A program made the translations under genes and the position numbers. Positions 20,792-30,195 of a DNA stretch of 64,000 nucleotides are shown here, piece by piece; position 1 is the stretch's first letter, and each line of letters begins with the position of its first letter. Below the pieces are notes generated by a model. It did not search any database. It was not told the origin of the DNA and saw only the letters and a list, made by a program, of their open reading frames with translations. The stretch is from a virus: positions 148-64,147 of IMG/VR virus record IMGVR_UViG_3300032295_000534; one strand, written 5' to 3'.

Positions 20792-21208
20792 TTAATTAGA
20801 AGAACGAATCAACGCCGCCGTTGCGGTATTAGCAGGCATTGTGATTGTAAAATTGGTAGACGTTTTATCTGAACCGAAGTCCAGCACGGCAATGGATTTA
20901 TTACCCTGCGTCACGTTGTAAATCAAAGCACAACGAGCGGTCACAGAAGCGTTGAACACCACATCCGCAAAGTCTACATACGCTGTAAACCCAGAAGAGT
21001 TGATGGTTACGCCCGTCAGGGCTACACCACCAGCCACATAACCTGTACCCGTTACCTCTGCGGTTGTCGTGTAAACGGTGGTTGCCTCGTTTAAATCAGC
21101 GTTAGCCGTGTACAGCGCAATTTTAAGCGTGTCTGTAAGTAGGTTGTGAACGCCCGTGTACAGCTCCGTTTTGAAGCTGGTGGTCTGGGTTTGTAAGATG
21201 TAACTCAT
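20792..21208 (-). CDS. Virion structural protein
   Basis: 138 aa; SFK.EL..G.H....KIALYT, EV.GTGY.AGG, LDFG.DK motifs. Confidence 0.6.
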   Translation of the reverse strand: MSYILQTQTTSFKTELYTGVHNLLTDTLKIALYTANADLNEATTVYTTTAEVTGTGYVAGGVALTGVTINSSGFTAYVDFADVVFNASVTARCALIYNVTQGNKSIAVLDFGSDKTSTNFTITMPANTATAALIRSSN

Positions 21209-22044
21209 GCAACAGCCGTCCTAACTTGACCATCACGGTAAGCATCAGCACGTTGTTTGCCATCTGCCAAGTTTTTATACAGAGCAATCGCTTGTACATA
21301 ACGCTCTTGAGCAACCTTCATCATGTCGCCCTCACCCTTCATGTAAACAAGGGCCTCGCAAATAGTGCCGTACAACAAAACAGAATCAAAGTTATCGCCA
21401 AGCCAAGTAGTACCAGCAGTGACAATAGACTCTGGGTAGTAGTTGTAATGCAGTTCTGCGTTGTATGCAGCCGAAGGAGTTGGGCCAACAATGAACGTCA
21501 ACTCATTCACATCGTCCGAGCGAGGGCCAAAGATTGCATAGTGCTTAGGCTCAGACGCATACGCAGACAACGGATATGCCTCACGGATGAAGTTCACATC
21601 TTTGTTTAACAGATACAGATAGTCACCTTGGAACACCACAGAGCCAGACACCGTACCGCTGTTAGCAACAGTCAATGTAATGGTTGTACCAGCAATACTA
21701 CGCACTTGAGCGTTAGTGCCAATGCCTGTACCCGTAACCTGCTGACCCGCCGCAATACCTGTAGTGCTTGCCACTACGATTGTTTTCTGACCAGATGTAC
21801 CGGTAGCAGTTGTAGTGTTGTACGGGTATACGGACAGGCTATATACAGACAAAAAGTCTGATGGGCACTGAAGATATTTGTTGCCGGTGGTTAGTACGCC
21901 CGTCACATTCTTTCGCAAGTTAGCAGGTTGCGCGGTGTTGTATACCCTTTGCTCACATTGTCTAATGAAGATGTTCATATCAACTGTGGGAAATGAATTC
22001 TCACAGTAATCAGAAACCGCAACTACAAGTTCATCATAAGTCAT
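21205..22044 (-). CDS. Head-tail adaptor / tail tubular A-like protein with inserted beta domain
   Basis: Likely start ATG 22044 (MTYDEL, ATGA overlap); P.DFL, P..YA, GPTP...Y, LLYG...EA motifs. Confidence 0.65.
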   Translation of the reverse strand: MTYDELVVAVSDYCENSFPTVDMNIFIRQCEQRVYNTAQPANLRKNVTGVLTTGNKYLQCPSDFLSVYSLSVYPYNTTTATGTSGQKTIVVASTTGIAAGQQVTGTGIGTNAQVRSIAGTTITLTVANSGTVSGSVVFQGDYLYLLNKDVNFIREAYPLSAYASEPKHYAIFGPRSDDVNELTFIVGPTPSAAYNAELHYNYYPESIVTAGTTWLGDNFDSVLLYGTICEALVYMKGEGDMMKVAQERYVQAIALYKNLADGKQRADAYRDGQVRTAVA

Positions 22045-22730
22045 GTTGCTTCCCTTTTTTGCTTTAGCAAGGGCAGTGCAAGTTTTTTGCAATACGCATA
22101 AAAAGTGGTGGTTGATAGCCCGTGTTTAGCACAAGCATCTGAAATTTTACCCCCAAGCAAACAGTCTGTGTGAATCAAATTTGTTTTTCGCTTGGTTTCT
22201 TCAGTTGCCGCAAAACGAAAATTTTTTAATGCTTGACTTAATTTACTTCTAGTTTCGTTAGATGGCGATACGCCTAACTGACGCGCCCGAGCTTTTTCCC
22301 GAAACTCTTGTGATTCAATACGCCCTTTACGGTGCGTGGATAATTTTTCTCGGTGTTCATCCGTTAGCACTTTGCCTTTGTGCAGTGCAGACATTTTTGC
22401 TTTAAATTCAGGCGTATGCGACCAACCACCGCGAACCAAAACCTCATGCGGAGTCCGCAATATGTTGTATGTCTGCAATGACATCAAACGAGTTTCGTAT
22501 TCAATACGCTGCTTTTTTGGGCAAACCAGCAATAACTTAAAGTCAAATGATTTTTCACCGTATTTATCCCAAGCTTTTTGCAGGATAAAAGAATGGTGTT
22601 TTCCACGACGCAACGTACTCCGATGGGTTTGCCATCTGGATTTGTAATTGGTAGTGCTTCCAATATAACGGTGGCCATTCACCGTATTTTCTATTGAATA
22701 CACATATCCTGCGTCGTTGGCAGTTGTCAC
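22041..22730 (-). mobile_element. Free-standing GIY-YIG homing endonuclease (NUMOD3)
   Basis: GYVYSIEN..NG.RYIGST....RW..H...L....H....LQ.AW.KYG; HTPEFKAKMS; overlaps both neighbours by 4 bp. Confidence 0.9.
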
Positions 22731-23181
22731 GCCATCGGCCCCCGAGCCATAACACCTTTAGTAGCTGCACCTGTACCACGGATTTTAATGCCGCTGGTCT
22801 TTGCTGCTGGTTGAGGGCGACGAGAAACATTACCTACAGACATATTGACTGTAGATGCATCACTGTGATCTGGGCCACTGCCGGGATTAGCAGAAGCTTT
22901 AACTGCTTTGCCGGACATGGTGTGTGGTTTAGCGTACACAGACGCATCACCAACTTCTTTACCCATCATTTTTTTGCTAAATGTAGCCATGATTAGCCTC
23001 GTTTCTGTGCGGCAATTTTTGCCAAGTTGCGACCCATAGACTTCATGTCAGCATTGGTTTTGCCTTTGCCCTTGCCTTTACCGCCCATCGTTTCTTTCTG
23101 AATAGGGCCGCTATTACCTAAGTTTTTACCTTCGGTTTTACCTTTTTTAGCGATGCCATCGGCTGATCGTGTATATGCCAT
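22727..23181 (-). CDS. Two small basic proteins (22727-22990, 22993-23181)
   Basis: K/G/M-rich; RGTGAATKG and ADGIAKKGKTEG motifs. Confidence 0.7.
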
Positions 23182-23192
23182 GTTTAAACTCC

Positions 23193-23576
23193 TTAAGATA
23201 TGCTAACTGTACCAACAAATGTCGTTGCCACCAAGTAGTTGGGGGTTAATCCTGCATCAAAATTACTAGCTCCGCCTACAGGCCCCCAACCCCATTGAAT
23301 GTCTCGTGAACCACCAGACAAATTCCCGCTTGCGTTTACACCAGAAGTTACATAAGTTGTATCTCTGCGTGGGTTACGCAGAGCTTGTGGATCATCTACT
23401 GGAAACGTGCCAAGCATCAATTGTGGTTGATCTGGATCCCAGCATTCAGAACAAACTAACAACTCGTACTTGCGTTGTTTAATGATTTCGGTCTTGAGCT
23501 GCTTTAATCTAAATTGCTGCCCGCAGCGATCACATTCAGCAATCGCTTTCTTGCCGGATGCAAAACGATTGCCCAT
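23193..23576 (-). CDS. Zn-ribbon hypothetical protein
   Basis: CDRCG...VCSECWD.DQPQ, DPQALRNPR. Confidence 0.7.
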   Translation of the reverse strand: MGNRFASGKKAIAECDRCGQQFRLKQLKTEIIKQRKYELLVCSECWDPDQPQLMLGTFPVDDPQALRNPRRDTTYVTSGVNASGNLSGGSRDIQWGWGPVGGASNFDAGLTPNYLVATTFVGTVSIS

Positions 23577-24511
23577 TAGTAACCCCCGCCGCTTCCAATA
23601 AACATCTGCCTAGGTACAAATCTTACTGCTGCTTTCTCTCGATCTTCACCAGCAACAATGTCAAATGTTTCATCATAAATCTGCTTAAGCATTGGAATGC
23701 GTGGCATTAGCTCAGGCACTTTAATGGCAATGTGATACGCCAAGCCCGCTACCAAACATGGCAGAAAGCGGAAGTTCATGTCAGCTGTTTCCATACCAGC
23801 GCCAGCATCTTGAACACGACGCAGTCTCCAGTATACAAACTGATATGGCGTTGAGTTATCAGGCGTAGGCCAGACAGTTACAGCTGGAAGTTGGGGAACA
23901 AATACCGCAGTGCCATCGGCTTGAGAGGCGGCAGTTGTATTATTTTGACCACGGAACACACCACCCAAAGTATTACCAGAGACATAGGTGTAGTAAATAT
24001 CTTCTGTACCAAGGCGAATAAAACCAGCGTTTGCTAGTCCAACCACCGAGTTAAGCGTGATCGTTGTGTCTGTGGAATTGATGGCTCCGTCAAGAACCAA
24101 AGCTGTTGGATTGGTTTCACCAGAAAGTCTTTGAATCCACACTTGAATTGGACGAGCTTGTTGTAACTTGTTTGGAATAGTGGCATAGGTAGAAACACTA
24201 ATACGTGTAATTGTTAGGTCAGCCTGTGTTGATGCAGTGTTAGACCCAGTACGAATGACATGCTCAAGCAGATCAATTGTGTCCGTTGGTAGGGCGTATG
24301 TTGCTAAACCCGGAGTCAGGTTAATGATTCCCTGCTCCATAGTCCACATGTTGATACCTTTAGACTGCCACTCAATGGTCATCAGGTTCATTGAACGACG
24401 AGCTGTACGCAAGTCATAACCAGAACGCATTTCACGGCCCGCACGCTCCCACGCTTCCTCGGCAATCTCCGTGAAGTCCATATTGAAGAGGGTTGAGCCG
24501 GTAGTGGTCAT
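23576..24511 (-). CDS. Head closure/adaptor protein (P22 gp4-like) with inserted domain
   Basis: EEAWERAG...TARRSMNL...W, WPTPD, CLVAGLAY motifs. Confidence 0.65.
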   Translation of the reverse strand: MTTTGSTLFNMDFTEIAEEAWERAGREMRSGYDLRTARRSMNLMTIEWQSKGINMWTMEQGIINLTPGLATYALPTDTIDLLEHVIRTGSNTASTQADLTITRISVSTYATIPNKLQQARPIQVWIQRLSGETNPTALVLDGAINSTDTTITLNSVVGLANAGFIRLGTEDIYYTYVSGNTLGGVFRGQNNTTAASQADGTAVFVPQLPAVTVWPTPDNSTPYQFVYWRLRRVQDAGAGMETADMNFRFLPCLVAGLAYHIAIKVPELMPRIPMLKQIYDETFDIVAGEDREKAAVRFVPRQMFIGSGGGY

Positions 24512-25931
24512 TTTTTAGCCGTCTTTGCAGAGTCAATAAAAGCTTGAGCTGTAGGCGCTCCCTTTTGACCGGGTTTGCGCATTTTCTCGCCACGAGCACG
24601 TTTGGCATGGATGTTGGCGTAAAGTCCAACTTTACCGCCTTCAGCATACTGCGTAAAGTCAGTGTCATCCCGGCGTGCTTTACGTACACCTTTGGGCATT
24701 TTGCTGGGGGACATGGCCCCCATTCCACGGCTTGCCATCATAATTTAGCAGGCGTAACCGCCGCCTTTCATAGTGATCATTGTGCCTTTAGTTTTGCCTT
24801 TAGTGGCGCAACCATCAGCACGCTTAGATGCGGAAGAGACTTTACCGCCAGAAGCATAACCACGCTGACCACGGACTGCATCTCGTGGGTCTTTCTTTGC
24901 GGGAGCATATTCAGTGGTTGTCAAAGATTTGGTATACGCTTTTTCGGTGGCATCTTGCATCTTGCGTTCTGCCATTTCTTCCCGAGCTGCTTTTTCTGCT
25001 GGACTCATATTAATTCCTTAACAAATTTTGCAACGGGTTTTGCCTTTGGTGGCAATACCGTCAGCACGTTTAGAAGCAGAAGTAACAGAGCCGCCAGACT
25101 TCATGCCAGCCGCCTTCTTGGCTTTAAAATCTTTCATGGCTCTAGCGGCTTCTTGACGCTGTAAGCCCAACTTCAACATGGCATCACGATCTTCTGGTGA
25201 TCTTTCCATAATGCTGTTATAGCGGCGAGGTGTTCTCATATCACGACCGGGATCAATTGCATCTGCGGCTTCTTGAGCAGCTTTATCAGGAGAGTCACCA
25301 GCAGTAGGATCTTTCTCTGCTCTGCGCTTTAAACCACGCTCACGATTTAAATAATCACGCAGACTTAGACCAGAATCTTCCAATTCTTTTTTGGAAACAA
25401 CACGGTTCTTAGGTGCTGCTTTAGGAGCTTCATTTTTAGGGCCAGCAGCCATAGATCTGGCAATGTCTTGAGATTCCATAGAAGCATTTGCTGCTTCCAT
25501 TGGATCTACGTCACCGCCCATTTGGAATTTACGTCTTCTCATGTTTAAACTCCTTAACAGGCTTTGCCGCCCATGTTCATCTTAATCATTGTGCCTTTGG
25601 TTTTACCTTTGGCAGCAACACCATCTGGCGTTTTACCAGTTTTAACAGCACCCATCTTAGATGCAGCCATGCCACCTTTAGACAGCTTGGTCATAGTTGC
25701 GCCTTTGTGCAGACGGCCTTCGTGTTTATTCACGGCCTTCTGCATCATCTTTTTGTCCATTTTTACATCTTCGTGTTTCATGTCGCCACCTTTTGCAAAT
25801 TTACGGCCTTTATCAGCCGCTGAAAAATCTTTACCCACGGACTGTGGGACGCCTACTTTCTTGGCAAACGATGGATTGTGCGCCACCGCTTCCATGAAAT
25901 TGTGTTGCTTCTTACTCGTGCTTGGCATCAT
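24508..25931 (-). CDS. Four small basic paralogue-like proteins (24508-24741, 24745-25008, 25018-25542, 25554-25931)
   Basis: Shared xxxGG motifs; three carry DGxAxKGKT; tightly packed with RBSs. Confidence 0.75.
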
Positions 25932-26191
25932 TATCCTTTTTGCCGAATAAGCTGGTCAATCTTTTCTTCAAGCCTGTTGAAGCGTTGGTCAATGTGGTCA
26001 GAAATTCGTTGAACTTCTGCTTTAGTAATGAAATCACGATGGTTCTCCTCTCGTGTTATGTTGAGTAGTCGCTCAACTCGCTTTAACTCAGAAGCTACTT
26101 CTTTGACTTCAGCAAACTTTTCACGCAGGAAAAATCCGCCAACCCCTAGGATGACGGATAAAGCAGCCGACCAAAGAAAATGGTAATCCAT
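25931..26191 (-). CDS. Small membrane-anchored coiled-coil protein
   Basis: N-terminal TM helix, C-terminal RFNRLEEKIDQL. Confidence 0.7.
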   Translation of the reverse strand: MDYHFLWSAALSVILGVGGFFLREKFAEVKEVASELKRVERLLNITREENHRDFITKAEVQRISDHIDQRFNRLEEKIDQLIRQKG

Positions 26192-26437
26192 TTAGCAATT
26201 CCATGCTCTAAGAGCTTTGTTGATGCGTGAGTTTGGGTCGTTGGCGGTCTTTGCGCTGGTTAACTTCTTCTTCATGCCGCCCATCCTCGCACAGAAAGAG
26301 TCGCGCCGGGAGCCGCCTTCTGGCTGGGGCGGTTTCAAATTCATGCCTTGCGCTTTCGCGGAGGCTCGTCCCTTGGCATTCAAGCCGCCCTTCTCTGATT
26401 TGCCTTCTTTCCTCTGCCATGCTGGTGATTTAGCCAT
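26192..26437 (-). CDS. Conserved small basic phage protein
   Basis: AWQRKEGK..GGLN.KGRAS, RR.SFCARM, SRINKALRAWNC. Confidence 0.75.
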   Translation of the reverse strand: MAKSPAWQRKEGKSEKGGLNAKGRASAKAQGMNLKPPQPEGGSRRDSFCARMGGMKKKLTSAKTANDPNSRINKALRAWNC

Positions 26438-27170
26438 TTACGACTTTCAGTTTGGATTGATAGATATTTTCCAACATTGGCATGACAACCTCTTCACGGA
26501 AGTTACGTTCAAATGTTTCTTGTCCAACATGAGGAAGGCTAATGTCTACGTCAATATAGACTTTAAATCCCATCTGCGTTGCTCTGTCGCAGAATAAATA
26601 ATCTTCACCAACATACTTGCCGTCCACAATGGCAAAGTCAAATACTGCTGACATCTTCTCTGTTGGGGACTTTTCATAAGTCCACTCAGGGTGTGCAAAT
26701 ACCATTTGCTCAATGACATGGCGTTGGATCAACATAAACCCAGTAGGCGCTCTCTTCAAACGCATTAACGAACCTTCAAACTCTAGGTCGCCATTGTCAT
26801 CTTGGTAAATGTCTGCAAAGAACTTAGCATCCTTTGCCCTGCGTGGATATGCGCCAGCAGTGATGTCTTTATCACCGCTCTGGGCCATTAAACGCAAGAT
26901 GTCGTCTGGGTTAACAATCACATCAGCATCAATAAACAGAAGCTCTGTGCAATCTGTCTTTAAGAATTCGTGTACCAAGGCGTTACGAGCCATGGTAATG
27001 ATTGAGCAATTAGACAAATCAGACAACGTGATGGAAACGCCAAGACTCATTGCTTTGGGCATTAACTGCGCCAGAGCAAATGCGGTCTTGATGTTTAACT
27101 TGCCGTCATAAGCTGGGATGCCTATGAACAACTTGCGGCCCATCAATGTTGCCTGTTTTTTCTCAGCCAT
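26430..27170 (-). CDS. Glycosyltransferase (GT-A fold)
   Basis: IGIPAY, ARN.LV..FL, LLFIDAD (DxD), TGFMLI.R, GEDYLFC, L.HVG. Confidence 0.8.
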   Translation of the reverse strand: MAEKKQATLMGRKLFIGIPAYDGKLNIKTAFALAQLMPKAMSLGVSITLSDLSNCSIITMARNALVHEFLKTDCTELLFIDADVIVNPDDILRLMAQSGDKDITAGAYPRRAKDAKFFADIYQDDNGDLEFEGSLMRLKRAPTGFMLIQRHVIEQMVFAHPEWTYEKSPTEKMSAVFDFAIVDGKYVGEDYLFCDRATQMGFKVYIDVDISLPHVGQETFERNFREEVVMPMLENIYQSKLKVVNG

Positions 27171-27438
27171 AGAAAACCACTGCGGTAAGCCCCGCTCCAG
27201 TTGTTATGACAAGACTTGTTTCACACAATACGCCTTCGCCCGGAATCCAAATATCATCCGATGCTTGACCTGCGACAGTAAATGTAAACAATGTGGTTGC
27301 GCCATCTTTAACAGCAATGGTAGAAGCTCCAGAAGAACTGTACCAAATGCCTTTAAAACGAGCGCGTCCGTTATATACAGTAGTGGTTGCGCCAGCTGCG
27401 CAATCCTTACCTACTACGTCAGTTTGCATCATAATCAA
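27163..27438 (-). CDS. Small beta-rich virion protein
   Basis: 91 aa, IPGEGVL, ends VFYG. Confidence 0.6.
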   Translation of the reverse strand: MIMMQTDVVGKDCAAGATTTVYNGRARFKGIWYSSSGASTIAVKDGATTLFTFTVAGQASDDIWIPGEGVLCETSLVITTGAGLTAVVFYG

Positions 27439-27445
27439 TCTCCTT

Positions 27446-27468
27446 TAAAAAAGGGGCCGAAGCCCCTT
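27446..27468 (-). terminator. Intrinsic terminator
   Basis: AAGGGGC-UUCG-GCCCCUU followed by a U run on the minus strand. Confidence 0.75.
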
Positions 27469-27475
27469 GGGTTGA

Positions 27476-28024
27476 TTAGGAATCTGCGAACGGTGTAGCC
27501 ACAGTACCAGAGCCGACAACAACGCCAGTCACCATGTACTTGTCAGCTGCAACTGCCACGATTTGAATCCATGTGCCAGCAACGCCACCGGTAGTTGAAC
27601 CGTTCAAGTTGATGAAGTCATTAGAAGAACCGTTAGCAGAGAAACCAACAACTGCACCAGATGTGTCTGAGTCAATAGAAATAACAGAGCCAATGAACAA
27701 GTCACTAGAACCGGAAGTAGTACCAATCTTCAAAGAACTTGTAGAAATGGTAGTAGGAACCCAGATTGTGTAAGTCACGCCTTCGTTGTTGGCTGTGCTT
27801 GGATCTTGGCCGGGGCCAGATGTTGTGGGATTAGCTGATACATTGATTGCAGGCAATGTCAAAGTAACAGCTGCCGCCAAAGAGCCACCAACAGCAATAA
27901 TGCGACCGCCGTGGGCTTCTGGGCTTAATGTGGTGCTTGTTGTGATATCAACTACAGACGCTGGGCCTTGTTGATAGATGCCGCCCAATGAACGAACTGG
28001 GCCTTGAAACGTAGTACGTGCCAT
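27476..28024 (-). CDS. Capsid-associated structural protein
   Basis: MARTTFQGPVRS N-terminus, LTLPA, LNGSTTGG; follows major capsid. Confidence 0.6.
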   Translation of the reverse strand: MARTTFQGPVRSLGGIYQQGPASVVDITTSTTLSPEAHGGRIIAVGGSLAAAVTLTLPAINVSANPTTSGPGQDPSTANNEGVTYTIWVPTTISTSSLKIGTTSGSSDLFIGSVISIDSDTSGAVVGFSANGSSNDFINLNGSTTGGVAGTWIQIVAVAADKYMVTGVVVGSGTVATPFADS

Positions 28025-28113
28025 GATGTATTCCTTACATACAAGTTAAGTGCATCAATCCGTATGTTGTCTGCCGGGACAGTTTGATGCACCGGAAAGC
28101 CCGGATTAATATG

Positions 28114-28142
28114 TTTATACCACTTCGTTTAAACCAATGCAA
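28114..28142 (-). promoter_or_regulatory. Sigma70-like promoter TTGCAT-17-TATAAA with GTTTAAAC in its spacer
   Basis: Exact 17-bp spacing, TG extension, directly after the capsid terminator. Confidence 0.6.
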
Positions 28143-28143
28143 C

Positions 28144-28173
28144 AAAAAAGGGAGCCGAAGCTCCCTCTTTTTT
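28144..28173 (-). terminator. Intrinsic, probably bidirectional, terminator after major capsid gene
   Basis: AGGGAGC-UUCG-GCUCCCU flanked by A and U runs. Confidence 0.85.
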
Positions 28174-28182
28174 TGATGCCTA

Positions 28183-29091
28183 TTAGGCTCCGGGTGAACC
28201 GAAGATGCCCAAAGGATCAGACACGCCGAAGCTGTAACGCTCACGGGCTTTGTAACGAACGTTACCTGTGTCAAAGTCACCATCCATGCCGGTAGACATA
28301 GGGGTGCGAACGAAGTGCTTCAAACCGTTAGGCACGTCAGTCAACAGGAACCAAGCGTTGGTGTCTGTCAAGAAGTGGTTAACGGTATAGCCTTCAGGAA
28401 TTGAACCGTTGTTCTTGATAGCGTTGATATCGTTATCAGCAGTAGAAACACGGAGTTCGGTTTCCAGCAGACGAGTAGCAACGAACATCAAAGAAGGAGG
28501 AACAATCAACTTCTTAGGCTTAGCGGCGATCAGCAAACCACGCTCATCTGTCCAAGCAGCGATTTGAATAACTGCGTTTTCCAACGAAGTTTCATTCAAG
28601 TCAGCAGCGGTAGATGGAGTGTTGCTGTTAGTACCACCAGACACCAAGGGGTGAGCAGTAGAGCAAAGCACCACGCCGTCGCCATATGTTGGGCCGCCGG
28701 TGAAAGCGTTGTTCAACACATAAGCACCTTTGACTTGCTTGGTGTAAGCCATACCACGGGCCAAAGCCTTGGTATAACGTGAAGACAAGCTGTCATACAA
28801 GTTATCTTCCACAGCTTCCTCAGTGATGGAGAAGCCCATCGCAATGGTTTCGTGGGTGTAACGTGCAGTCCATGCTTCCTGTGCATTGTCATAAGCGATG
28901 GCAGAACCCTCGTTTTTGACTGGTGCAGCAGAGAAACCAGACAGCTTGGTCTCTTCTTCAAAGCTACGCTCAGATGTCTCTGTTTCGTAGATCTCTTTAT
29001 GCTCTTCGCCGTACTTAGCGTACTCAAGACCGAACAATGCGTTCAGACCGGGGAGCAACTCTTTCAATAGTTGTGCGCGTGAAATAGCCAT
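28183..29091 (-). CDS. Major capsid protein (HK97 fold, Mu gpT-like)
   Basis: 302 aa; MAISRAQLLKELLPGLN, GDGV.L.S.AHP, PKKLIVPP, RYKARERYSFG; strong codon bias. Confidence 0.85.
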   Translation of the reverse strand: MAISRAQLLKELLPGLNALFGLEYAKYGEEHKEIYETETSERSFEEETKLSGFSAAPVKNEGSAIAYDNAQEAWTARYTHETIAMGFSITEEAVEDNLYDSLSSRYTKALARGMAYTKQVKGAYVLNNAFTGGPTYGDGVVLCSTAHPLVSGGTNSNTPSTAADLNETSLENAVIQIAAWTDERGLLIAAKPKKLIVPPSLMFVATRLLETELRVSTADNDINAIKNNGSIPEGYTVNHFLTDTNAWFLLTDVPNGLKHFVRTPMSTGMDGDFDTGNVRYKARERYSFGVSDPLGIFGSPGA

Positions 29092-29104
29092 TTTAAGTTA
29101 CTCC

Positions 29105-29719
29105 TTAGATGCCTTCAGTATTGTTATACTGATTTGTGTTGAACTTAACGAGGAACTCGTAGTAAGTCGTGGCAGCTACGTTAGCATTACCTGTAGCTGT
29201 ATCAGGCACAACGTCGATCACACGAACGGGCAACGTATTGGTGGTGTTAGCGGAAGAACCGTCAATACCATAATAAGAGTCACCAGTGGTGGTAGAACCA
29301 ACGTTAGCAACCAAAGCGACGTTAGAACCAACCAAAGCACGGCTATAAGCTGTAGGAGTGGTGGAACCAGCGACAGTGGCGCAAACTTTGAAAGCTGCCA
29401 TAGGATCATCCACAACAAAGGCAAAAGCCATGTTGGTAGATGTTGAGGTCGCCGCAGGATAGTACTGGCTAAACGTAGGCTGGCTCAAAGAGTTGATGTA
29501 AGAACAACCAACTAAAACACCAACAACACTACCTGAATTGGTTGTACTAGCAGCTACGATGTAGCCGTTAGTATCAATCTTAACGGTGTCACCGTTCAGG
29601 ATTGCTGTAGCGTAAGCAGGTGCTACGGGGATTTGACGGATCGCTCCGGCGTAGGGTAGGCCGTCAATGCGATTGACAGGCTTGAAACCATACGTCTTGT
29701 CAATGGTAGGGTATGCCAT
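29105..29719 (-). CDS. Capsid decoration/cement protein
   Basis: YGFKPV, I.NGD.V, VGV.VGC.Y, VVDDP motifs; immediately upstream of MCP. Confidence 0.65.
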   Translation of the reverse strand: MAYPTIDKTYGFKPVNRIDGLPYAGAIRQIPVAPAYATAILNGDTVKIDTNGYIVAASTTNSGSVVGVLVGCSYINSLSQPTFSQYYPAATSTSTNMAFAFVVDDPMAAFKVCATVAGSTTPTAYSRALVGSNVALVANVGSTTTGDSYYGIDGSSANTTNTLPVRVIDVVPDTATGNANVAATTYYEFLVKFNTNQYNNTEGI

Positions 29720-29737
29720 CTATAGACTCCAGAAAAA

Positions 29738-30193
29738 TTAAAGACCTTTTCCGAAAGTGACCGTGGACTTACGTTCTTTGAACATAGGCATCCTCGGATC
29801 ATTCTCGCGCATGTAAGTGTTATCCACTGAGGCCATTTGAGCTTCCGATTGTTTTCGGTAGTAATCATTTCGCTGTTCAGTAAACTCCACAGGTGTTTTG
29901 CAAAGCAACAGACCACCGACTTCAATACTGTCAGGAAACTTCCCGTTGGAAGAACCAAACAGACGGATTTCGGGATGGTCAGAAGCCTTAACAGGTTCCC
30001 AGCCTTCGCGTAACTTACCGGAAATGTTCGTGGCATCATCTTTACCTAGCGACGCAATCCTTATCCAGCGATACGCATAACCTGCCTCCGGATTGGGGTC
30101 AGGTAGAAGCTGTGGAGGCATCCATTGTTTTGGACGTTCCGCAGATTCGCGGGTGCTCAGATCACGGCCTTGACGGGCGATAGACTTTTCCAT
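29738..30193 (-). CDS. Conserved head-module protein
   Basis: W.PP..LP.P, YRWIR, REGWEPV, GGLLLCK.P. Confidence 0.7.
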   Translation of the reverse strand: MEKSIARQGRDLSTRESAERPKQWMPPQLLPDPNPEAGYAYRWIRIASLGKDDATNISGKLREGWEPVKASDHPEIRLFGSSNGKFPDSIEVGGLLLCKTPVEFTEQRNDYYRKQSEAQMASVDNTYMRENDPRMPMFKERKSTVTFGKGL

Positions 30194-30195
30194 TT

